The notes under the pieces are model-generated. The model was not told the DNA's origin and did not search any database. It was given only the letters and a program-made list of their open reading frames with translations. Made by a program: the position numbers and the translations under genes. Positions 1 through 7,086 of a stretch of 11,289 bases of DNA are shown here, piece after piece (the stretch's first letter is position 1; each line of letters starts with the position of its first letter). The stretch spans positions 1 to 11,289 of the forward strand of contig SDNY01000113.1 of the NCBI GenBank assembly GCA_004524535.1, written 5' to 3'. This DNA comes from Promethearchaeota archaeon (lineage in GTDB: Archaea > Asgardarchaeota > Lokiarchaeia > Sigyniarchaeales > SOKP01).

Positions 1-201
1 CATTTCCTTTATTTCAGGATAATATTTTTTCAGTATAAGATTTATTTGTTTATTAAAATCAGCGCATACTTTAGCAACATTATCCGCAATTTTGATAGAT
101 TTCTTTTCTAATAATTCAAGCAAATAAACTTCCCATTGAGGTAATTCATTTTCGAAAATCTCATTAATTTTTTTCAAAAACTTTTTCTCAATATAACTCA
201 T
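1..201 (-). CDS. Hypothetical protein, 5' part only (runs off the left edge)
   Basis: Not in the ORF track. Manual translation from ATG at 201 gives 67 codons with no stop: MSYIEKKFLKKINEIFENELPQWEVYLLELLEKKSIKIADNVAKVCADFNKQINLILKKYYPEIKEM. A TATA-like TTATAAAT (minus 236-229) lies about 30 nt upstream. Family not recognised. Confidence 0.8.
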   Translation of the reverse strand, partial: MSYIEKKFLKKINEIFENELPQWEVYLLELLEKKSIKIADNVAKVCADFNKQINLILKKYYPEIKEM

Positions 202-228
202 CTTTTCGTAAGAAAGATAGAATTTCTT

Positions 229-255
229 ATTTATAACATTATTTAATTAAATAAT
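229..255 (-). promoter_or_regulatory. Putative TATA box (TTATAAAT, 236-229) with an adjacent perfect 18-bp palindrome (238-255)
   Basis: Spacing to ATG 201 fits a leaderless or short-leader archaeal transcript. ATTATTTAATTAAATAAT is self-complementary. All A/T, so specificity is low. Confidence 0.4.
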
Positions 256-354
256 AACAGTAAATTTCTAATGTTTTCAGAATGAAATATTAAAAAAAGT
301 AAAAATTCTTTTAGATTTTAATCGTTTGTTCCAAGATTTGGTAAGTCTTATTTA

Positions 355-1263
355 TTAAAGCTTATTTCTGATTTGCTTTGAACGAGATCTTAAAGTTACC
401 TCTGTGACCTTCGCTATTTCACTTACTTCAGCTTGAGTTTTACGACAATTGCTCGCTTTGGCAGCCATATAAATCACGCTAGCTGCTAAACCTTTAGGAT
501 CTTTTCCTGTTCTTAAAAGACCATTTTTAGAGGCCTGAACTAACATGTTAATTGCTTTCTTTTGAGTTTTCATCGGTAAGCCTAAATCGTTTCCAAATCG
601 AAATACGAGTTGTTCTGCTGTAATAGGTTTGTATTTCAAGCCTAACTCACCCAATACTTCTTTTACGATCATACCTAACGAGCGGTGTACTGTTCTTCTG
701 GGAGTCATAGAAGCTTCACATACTTCTTCGAGTAATCTCGGAAACTCGTGTACCCTGATAGCAGCGTATAAGGAAGCTGCAATAAAACCATCAATAGATC
801 TACCCATTGTGAGTTTTTTCCTCGCCACAACTGAGTAAATCTTCCACGCGGTTTCCTTGATATAGTCAGGTATATTCATTTTTGTTGTGAGCATCTTAAG
901 CTTAGGTTTTGCTTCCCAGAAATTTCTTTCGATACTAGAAATTAAAGAATTCTGAATCTTCGATAGTCTAGAAAACAATGTCTTGCCTTTAGCACCAATA
1001 AGACGCCCTTTACTGTCAATCTTGCTGTTGGGAAGCATCGTGCGGGGACCAAACTCTCTCCAGCGTGGCTCTGTGCGTCTTCGCTTATTTACTTCTTCCA
1101 CAGTATAAGCTCGTCTTTCATTTCCAACTAGATTACGTCCAATGATCATACCGCAACTTAAACAAACATTATCCCCTTCTCGACTTTCAATACAAGGATT
1201 CTCGCAACATTGCTCAACGTCGGGTTCCTCATTTTTGGAACGTAAACGATCTTTATAACTCAT
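355..1263 (-). CDS. tfb: Transcription initiation factor IIB (TFB) family protein, divergent
   Basis: N-terminal Zn ribbon (CCENPC...CLSCG), B-reader-like ERRAY segment, two cyclin-fold repeats (GRSIDGFIAASLYAAIR; GKDPKGLAASVIYMA) and C-terminal HTH KTQAEVSEIAKVTEVTLRSR. Confidence 0.96.
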   Translation of the reverse strand: MSYKDRLRSKNEEPDVEQCCENPCIESREGDNVCLSCGMIIGRNLVGNERRAYTVEEVNKRRRTEPRWREFGPRTMLPNSKIDSKGRLIGAKGKTLFSRLSKIQNSLISSIERNFWEAKPKLKMLTTKMNIPDYIKETAWKIYSVVARKKLTMGRSIDGFIAASLYAAIRVHEFPRLLEEVCEASMTPRRTVHRSLGMIVKEVLGELGLKYKPITAEQLVFRFGNDLGLPMKTQKKAINMLVQASKNGLLRTGKDPKGLAASVIYMAAKASNCRKTQAEVSEIAKVTEVTLRSRSKQIRNKL

Positions 1264-1270
1264 TTTCTTT

Positions 1271-1277
1271 TCACCTT
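1271..1277 (-). promoter_or_regulatory. Shine-Dalgarno site for tfb (AAGGTGA)
   Basis: Minus strand reads ATAAGGTGAAAAGAAAATG; GGTGA sits 7 nt before the ATG at 1263. Confidence 0.65.
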
Positions 1278-1551
1278 ATCGGTTGTTATCGTTATTGATC
1301 AAAATACTACTTTATTTTCTTTTTTTTAATCAACGGTTTTTTATTTACGATAGTTTTTTTTTCTATCTCAATAGATTATTATTGATTATTACAATTATAA
1401 ACAATTTTACTATTTAAAAGTGTTTGTTTTTTTGATGTTCTTTGTTAAGGAACAAACATCCTTTTCCCATTCCTTTCCCACATTGTTCGTGAAATTGGAA
1501 CTGTAAACTTTCCAAGATTATAAAAAAAATCTTGATTAATATAATTGTGTG

Positions 1552-1662
1552 TTATGAGTTATAAAAAATTAAATTCCTTGCTTTCAAATCCATATTTTTT
1601 TTAATAATTTTTCCAATTCCTGCAAAAGCTCCCATAATTATTTGGTATCTCGTACTAGTCAT
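1552..1662 (-). pseudogene. Remnant of a short-chain dehydrogenase/reductase (SDR) N-terminal Rossmann beta-alpha-beta unit
   Basis: Manual translation: MTSTRYQIIMGAFAGIGKIIKKNMDLKARNLIFYNS*. It has GxxxGxG after a hydrophobic strand, and NLIF at the spacing of strand beta-2 in classical SDRs. Stops after 36 codons. Confidence 0.55.
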
Positions 1663-1818
1663 TTCAGTTATTTTTATTTTCCATATCAAAATATTCACGC
1701 ATTTTTATTTAATTATTTACGTTATTTATTAATAAACACGTTTAAATAGTAATCCATAGATTTAAAACAATCTAATTCTATTAATTAAAATAATGTAAAT
1801 TAATACATTTGCTAAAAT

Positions 1819-3120
1819 ATGAATAGATTAAGAAAAGCGCTGAGTAATGAAAATACTTACATTGTTGGTATTATTTGTTTTTTATTAATTCTGACATCAA
1901 TAAGTTTTTTGTTATTAGAACATGAAGATAGCACCGAATCTGATTCTGATAAAGAATTTTTAGACATCTATTCTCCAGAGATCTGGGAATATAATAAACC
2001 AGATGGAATAAGATTAACTTTCATTCATAATTTTAGTGAATCTGTGGTAATATCTTGGTTTACTGAATTATATGCTACTAATCCTTTAGTTAATTATTCC
2101 ACTCAGGAAGATTTGTCTAATAATATCATAGTTAAACCAAATTATAAAGAGATTTCTTCTACATTTATTTATACCGCAGAATTAGTAGATTTACTTCCTA
2201 ATAAAACATACTTTTATCAAATAAGCTCAGATAAAGAAAACAAAAGAGAAATATTGAATTTTACTACTATGCCGAATAACCCAAATCATATAAGATTTTT
2301 CGTTTATGGTGATAGTAGAACTAATAGAACTGCTAGAAGAAATCTTGTAGAAAAAATAATGGCTAATTTTAGTGATGATTTTCAGTTTTTTATTCACACT
2401 GGTGATATCGTAGCAAATGGGCAAAATCAAAATCAGTGGAATGATTATTTTAATGATACTGAATGTTTAAATTCATATAAGCAAGGAATTTATGTTGAAG
2501 GAAATCATGAGGGAGGAATATGGACGTTAATGTATGATAATTTACCTATGCGCAATAAGTTTATTGAGCGTAATATTTCTTTTAGTTATATGGACATAGG
2601 TTTCATAATTCTTGATAGCAACGACTATGCTGCTGAATATGCTCCTCAAACGGAGTGGTTAAATCAGACATTAATTCAATTCTCTCAAGAAAATTTGTTT
2701 AACTTTGTGTTTTTACATCATCCTTTATTAAATGTTGATAGGGTACATGAAAATTTTATAATAAACTGGACACGATTGTTTGATAAATATAATGTGTCTC
2801 TTATATTTTGTGGACATGATCATCATTACGCGCGAAGTTATCCCATGACTAATTCAACTTCTTTAGAATATGATGGTTCAGAACTTTATAATTATACAAA
2901 TCTTAATAATTCGGTCTATATAACTGCTGGCGGGGCGGGTGCACCCTTATATGAATTTCCTAAAAAACCATTCACTGCAAAATTAAAAAAAGCGTATCAT
3001 TTTGTACTAGTTGATGTTAAAAAGGAAGTATCAAAAACTACTTTATCCTTAGAAACATGGTGTATGCCCGAAGATTTTGGTGATCTATACTTATTCGACA
3101 ATATCACAATTTCAAAATAG
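1819..3120 (+). CDS. Membrane-anchored metallophosphoesterase (purple acid phosphatase-like: FN3-type N-domain plus calcineurin-like phosphoesterase domain)
   Basis: N-terminal hydrophobic anchor YIVGIICFLLILTSISFLLL; FN3-like ISWFT...LVDLLPNKTYFYQI; metal-ligand motifs GDSR, HTGDIV, GNHE, HHP, GHDHHY; ITAGGAGA. Confidence 0.9.
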   Translation: MNRLRKALSNENTYIVGIICFLLILTSISFLLLEHEDSTESDSDKEFLDIYSPEIWEYNKPDGIRLTFIHNFSESVVISWFTELYATNPLVNYSTQEDLSNNIIVKPNYKEISSTFIYTAELVDLLPNKTYFYQISSDKENKREILNFTTMPNNPNHIRFFVYGDSRTNRTARRNLVEKIMANFSDDFQFFIHTGDIVANGQNQNQWNDYFNDTECLNSYKQGIYVEGNHEGGIWTLMYDNLPMRNKFIERNISFSYMDIGFIILDSNDYAAEYAPQTEWLNQTLIQFSQENLFNFVFLHHPLLNVDRVHENFIINWTRLFDKYNVSLIFCGHDHHYARSYPMTNSTSLEYDGSELYNYTNLNNSVYITAGGAGAPLYEFPKKPFTAKLKKAYHFVLVDVKKEVSKTTLSLETWCMPEDFGDLYLFDNITISK

Positions 3121-3222
3121 TTCTTTTGCATTTTTTATAATTTTCAAGATATAATAGAAGACAGTCTTGAGGAAACTATCAAAAAATTTCAAAAACCGTT
3201 TTGGTAAAAATTCTTCTTTCAC
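3112..3222 (-). CDS. Possible 36-aa amphipathic peptide (GTG start)
   Basis: Manual translation MKEEFLPKRFLKFFDSFLKTVFYYILKIIKNAKELF*. The frame is open from 3243; TTTATAAA (3259-3252) lies about 30 nt upstream. No homology recognised. Confidence 0.25.
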   Translation of the reverse strand: MKEEFLPKRFLKFFDSFLKTVFYYILKIIKNAKELF

Positions 3223-3326
3223 TTTTTCTTTCTGAATTATCTCCTATTATATTTATAAATCGAAAAAGATATAAGAAGAATTAGATATAAATAATTTATA
3301 AGAAAAAAGCTAATAATTACAAATAA

Positions 3327-3635
3327 ATGAAACAAACAGAGTCTAGGAGAGAATTTGAAGAATTAGGGAAAAAAAGGTTAAACCTGTTTTCTTCAGAGGC
3401 ATTAGATAACTCCATTAAAAATTTAACAAGGCCTAGTTTCTTAGGATCAATTCATATGAAAAATATGTACCCAAACACTAACTTTAGCTCAATTGAGAAT
3501 ATATTAAAGGGACAACTCGAATTAAAAATTAACAAATCTTTAAAAAACGCAGTTCTTAACCCTATAACAAAAGGTTTAATACTTTTAATGGTAATTTTCA
3601 ATATAGTATGGATTATGCTTTTATTTCTACTCTAG
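3327..3635 (+). CDS. Hypothetical tail-anchored membrane protein
   Basis: 102-aa ORF in very AT-rich DNA: hydrophilic N-terminus and one hydrophobic stretch (LILLMVIFNIVWIMLLFLL) ending at the stop codon. BRE/TATA-like CGAAAAAGATATAAG at 3261-3275. Confidence 0.75.
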   Translation: MKQTESRREFEELGKKRLNLFSSEALDNSIKNLTRPSFLGSIHMKNMYPNTNFSSIENILKGQLELKINKSLKNAVLNPITKGLILLMVIFNIVWIMLLFLL

Positions 3636-3762
3636 CTTTAAAAGTAGAAACTAATTTTATCAATTAGAAAATAACATCCGCTCTCTCTAATTAAATATTA
3701 AAAAGATCTAAATTATTTATACATAAATTATTCAGTTTTATTTAATTTGATTCTTGATGCAC

Positions 3763-3768
3763 AGGTGG
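3763..3768 (+). promoter_or_regulatory. Shine-Dalgarno site (AGGTGG) supporting the TTG start at 3776
   Basis: ACAGGTGGTATACATTTG: 7-nt spacing to TTG, which falls right before the Rossmann strand YDVIIIGGG. TATA-like TTTATACA at 3716-3723. Confidence 0.6.
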
Positions 3769-3775
3769 TATACAT

Positions 3776-5248
3776 TTGATATATGATGTTATTATTATCG
3801 GTGGTGGTGTTATTGGGTGCTGTATTGCTCGTACTCTTTCAAAATACGACTTAAAGATAGCATTATTAGAAAAAGAAGCCGATATTTCAATGGGAACGAC
3901 AAAAGCGAACTCTGGGGTTGTTCATGCAGGTTATGCCGCCGATAGACAATATATTAAACGACATTTAAGCATTCATGGTAATAAATTATACACGCAAGCT
4001 TATCGCGAATTAAATTTTCCATTTCAACGAATTGGGTCATTCGTAGTTGCTGTGGAAGATAGTCAAATTAAAGATCTAGAGGATGAGAGGAAAAAGGGAA
4101 TTCAAGATGGTGTTCCTAATCTGGAGCTTATTTTTGATAAAAAAAGAATTAAACATATGGAACCTTCCTTAACTGATGATGTTGTAGCTGTATTGCACGC
4201 GCCCACAGCTGGACTTGTAAGTCCGTATGAATTAACTTTTGCTTTAGCCGAAAATGCAGCTATGAATGGTGTAAAATTTTTCCGATCTCATGAGGTTGTA
4301 AAAATAAAACACACTGATTACACATTTTCAGTAAGAACATTAAGAGATGAGTTCAAATGTCGTAATCTTATTAATGCAGCAGGATTGTACGCTGCGAATA
4401 TCTCAAAAATGTTGGGATTAGATTATTTTGATATTATGCCGAGAAAAGGTGAGTACATTTTATTTGACAGAAATGCTATGCATTTGAATAAGATTTTGTT
4501 TCCAATCCCCACCGTTGTATCAAAAGGGATATTGGTTTGTCCAACGTTACATGGCAATACATTTGTCGGTCCTAACGCTCAAAATATTACTGATACTGAA
4601 GATACTTCAACCACTGAAGCAGGTTTAAAAGAAATATTAGAAGGGGCTAAAAAATTAGTACCCAATTTACCTCTCAGAGCTTCAATTAGAAATTTTGCGG
4701 GATTACGAGCTGTACCCAATACTCATGATTTTATTATTGATAACACGGATGTTTATGGATTTATAAATGTAGCAGGGATTTTATCACCTGGCTTAACTTC
4801 TTGCTTTGCTATTGCCGAAAAGGTTGAAGAATTTCTTGAATTACTAGGGGTGGTAATGAAAGTTAAGGAAGATTATAATCCAATTCGACCGAGACCTGAA
4901 AGATTCAAGGATTTAAGTAAAAAAGAATTAGATAAAAAGATTCAAGAAGACGCTTCATGGGGGAAAATAATATGTAGATGTGAAGTTATTCCCGAAAAGG
5001 AAATATTGGACGCGATTCATGCCCCCGTAGGAGCAAGAACTGTTGATGGTGTCAAGTTCAGATGCCGACCAGGCATGGGTCGGTGCGCTGGAGGATTCTG
5101 TAGACCGCGCGTTATAGAAATTCTTTCGAGAGAATTGAATCTCTCATACGAAGAAGTAACCAAAAAAGGGGAAGATACAAATTATTTAATCTGCCACACA
5201 AAAGATTTGTTATTAAACGAAATCAATAAGGGTGAGGAAGCAGAATGA
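3776..5248 (+). CDS. FAD-dependent oxidoreductase, GlpA/LhgO-like (probable glycerol-3-phosphate dehydrogenase catalytic subunit) with C-terminal BFD-like [2Fe-2S] domain
   Basis: GGGVIG FAD motif; GTTKANSGVVHAG; PRKGEY; FAGLRA; GILSPGLTS; C-terminal ICRCE...GMGRCAGGFC. TTG start. Substrate is inferred from family and gene context. Confidence 0.88.
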   Translation: MIYDVIIIGGGVIGCCIARTLSKYDLKIALLEKEADISMGTTKANSGVVHAGYAADRQYIKRHLSIHGNKLYTQAYRELNFPFQRIGSFVVAVEDSQIKDLEDERKKGIQDGVPNLELIFDKKRIKHMEPSLTDDVVAVLHAPTAGLVSPYELTFALAENAAMNGVKFFRSHEVVKIKHTDYTFSVRTLRDEFKCRNLINAAGLYAANISKMLGLDYFDIMPRKGEYILFDRNAMHLNKILFPIPTVVSKGILVCPTLHGNTFVGPNAQNITDTEDTSTTEAGLKEILEGAKKLVPNLPLRASIRNFAGLRAVPNTHDFIIDNTDVYGFINVAGILSPGLTSCFAIAEKVEEFLELLGVVMKVKEDYNPIRPRPERFKDLSKKELDKKIQEDASWGKIICRCEVIPEKEILDAIHAPVGARTVDGVKFRCRPGMGRCAGGFCRPRVIEILSRELNLSYEEVTKKGEDTNYLICHTKDLLLNEINKGEEAE

Positions 5249-6546
5249 AAACTTTTGAAGCTGATGTAGTTATTATCGGAGGAGGATCTGCTGGAATGGC
5301 AGCAGCTATAGAAGTTAAGAATGCTGGATTGGATGCTTTAATTATTGAGAGAGACTATGAACTCGGCGGAATTTTATTACAATGTATCCATGTCGGCTTT
5401 GGACTCCATGAATTTGGAGAAGAATTAACTGGACCTCAATATGCTCAAAAATTTATTAATCAAGTGAACGAATTGGAGATTCCATATTTATTAGACACAA
5501 TGGTTATTGAATTTACTCCAGATAAAACAGTTTATGCTGTAAATAATAAAGAGGGTCTAATTAAAGTAGAATCCAAAGCTATTATCCTAGCAATGGGCTG
5601 TAGAGAAAGAACTCGTGGAGCAATTAATATCCCTGGATTTCGACCCGCAGGAATTTTTACAGCTGGGCAAGCTCAAAGATTCGTAAATATGGAAGGTTAT
5701 TTGCCTGGAAAATCGCTTGTAATATTAGGAAGTGGAGATATTGGGATGATCATGGCCCGTAGATTGACATGGGAAGGCTGTGAAGTAAAGGCTGTGATTG
5801 AGATTAATCCATATGTAAGCGGATTAATCAGAAATCAAGTTCAATGCCTTGAGGATTTTAATATTCCTTTGATCTTAGGTTATACTGTTACAAAGATCCA
5901 TGGAAAGGAGAAGATTCGCGGAGTAACAATTTCAAAAGTAGACACGAATTTTGATCGAATTGTGGGAAGTGATAGGTTTATTGAATGTGATGCGCTCTTA
6001 TTATCTGTAGGATTAATTCCCGAAAACGAGTTAACATTAAAAGCAGGAGCAAAATTGTCATCAAATAATGGGCCAATAGTAGATAATAACCTTGAAAGCA
6101 CGATAGAAGGTGTTTTTGCGTGTGGAAATGTTTTACAGGTACATGATTTAGTAGATATGGTAACAGCTGAAGCGAAAAGGGCTGGAGAATTCGCAATTGA
6201 ATATATTAATCAAAGATATGGGAAAGAAATTAAACGAGAAAAACAAATTAAATGTGTTCCAGGAGAAAATGTTGGTTATATCAAGCCTGACTTAGTAAAT
6301 GTGTTGGATTTATCGAAAGAAATAATGTTTACACTTCGAGTTAAATATCCAGATAGAAGAATTCAAATTCAATTTAGGGACAAGGAAAATAATCAATTAG
6401 TTTACAAGAGAAATAAAGTATATGTAATTCCAAGCGAAATGGTTGAAATAAAACTGAATTTGAAAGAAAATCAGATAGATCCTGGTTGCCAGCATTTAAT
6501 TATTGATGTTGTTCCTCGTCCTGAGGTATTAATTGAAGAAGAATAA
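5245..6546 (+). CDS. NAD(P)/FAD-dependent oxidoreductase (pyridine nucleotide-disulfide family), partner subunit of the GlpA-like enzyme
   Basis: GGGSAG (FAD); GGILLQCIHVGFG; AMGCRER; GSGDIG followed by an acidic E at the end of the next strand (suggests NAD); ACGNVLQVHDLVD. ATGA overlap with the upstream gene and GGTGAGG SD at 5231-5237. Confidence 0.9.
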   Translation: MKTFEADVVIIGGGSAGMAAAIEVKNAGLDALIIERDYELGGILLQCIHVGFGLHEFGEELTGPQYAQKFINQVNELEIPYLLDTMVIEFTPDKTVYAVNNKEGLIKVESKAIILAMGCRERTRGAINIPGFRPAGIFTAGQAQRFVNMEGYLPGKSLVILGSGDIGMIMARRLTWEGCEVKAVIEINPYVSGLIRNQVQCLEDFNIPLILGYTVTKIHGKEKIRGVTISKVDTNFDRIVGSDRFIECDALLLSVGLIPENELTLKAGAKLSSNNGPIVDNNLESTIEGVFACGNVLQVHDLVDMVTAEAKRAGEFAIEYINQRYGKEIKREKQIKCVPGENVGYIKPDLVNVLDLSKEIMFTLRVKYPDRRIQIQFRDKENNQLVYKRNKVYVIPSEMVEIKLNLKENQIDPGCQHLIIDVVPRPEVLIEEE

Positions 6547-6575
6547 ACTAAAAATAATATAAGTGAGAAATAATA

Positions 6576-6959
6576 ATGGAAAATACTTCTAGCTCAACGG
6601 TGCGAGTAATAAGGTGTATATTATGCCCTTCGGGGTGTCCTATCCAGGCAAATCTCGATTCTAAAGGAAATGTTACTTTTGAAGGATATACCTGCAAAAG
6701 AGGGTTAGAATACGCCGAACAAGAATATTACGAACCAAAAAGAATCCTTACAACTACAATGAGAGTGGAAAATGGCTTTTTACCCTTGATTCCCGTAAGA
6801 ACAGACATGCCAATTCCTAAAGATAAGCTTAAAGACGTATTAAAAGAAATTGTTAAAATAAAAGTTCAGCCTCCGATTAAGATGGGCGATATATTAATTG
6901 AAAATGTTTTAGGCTTGGATGCCAATATAATAGCATCGCGAGACCTAAATAAAATTTAG
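6576..6959 (+). CDS. DUF1667-like small Fe-S protein (CxxCxxxC...C)
   Basis: CILCPSGC...GYTCKRG...PKRILTTT...PVRT...PIPK...PIKMGD; the usual third gene of this module. Confidence 0.88.
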   Translation: MENTSSSTVRVIRCILCPSGCPIQANLDSKGNVTFEGYTCKRGLEYAEQEYYEPKRILTTTMRVENGFLPLIPVRTDMPIPKDKLKDVLKEIVKIKVQPPIKMGDILIENVLGLDANIIASRDLNKI

Positions 6960-7086
6960 AAATTTTAATACATTTATTTAAAATTCTTTTTCATTCTCAA
7001 TCCTTTATAATTATTCTTTAATTAATTATAAATACTTTAAAAATAAGATTTAATTTATCATAATGCAAAAATAAAATGTGTTTTAG

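Noticed and set aside
629-838. 69-aa plus-strand ORF
   Set aside because: Antisense shadow inside tfb; no motif.
1420-1506. Short plus-strand ORF (MFFVKEQTSFSHSFPTLFVKLEL)
   Set aside because: Under 30 codons, no SD, no recognisable feature.
2227-2430. 67-aa minus-strand ORF
   Set aside because: Antisense to the phosphoesterase, low complexity, no independent support.
1332-3200. AAAAACCGTT upstream of both tfb (minus 1341-1332) and the 102-aa ORF (3191-3200)
   Set aside because: Only 10 nt, half poly-A, at different distances from the starts; compatible with chance.
3327-3635. SNARE-like protein
   Set aside because: Tail anchor is present, but prolines interrupt the ~60 residues before it and no continuous heptad pattern is visible.
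5243-5270. Selenocysteine read-through of the TGA ending the GlpA-like gene
   Set aside because: The TGA is part of an ATGA overlap, read-through meets TAG after six codons, all Cys motifs use normal Cys codons, and no SECIS was recognised.
5880-6196. Two minus-strand ORFs (73 and 72 aa)
   Set aside because: Fully antisense to a well-supported oxidoreductase; no motifs.
7004-7032. Inverted repeat TTTATAATTA-N9-TAATTATAAA upstream of paralog A
   Set aside because: A/T-only arms in an extremely AT-rich spacer, with no matching copy seen upstream of paralog B.
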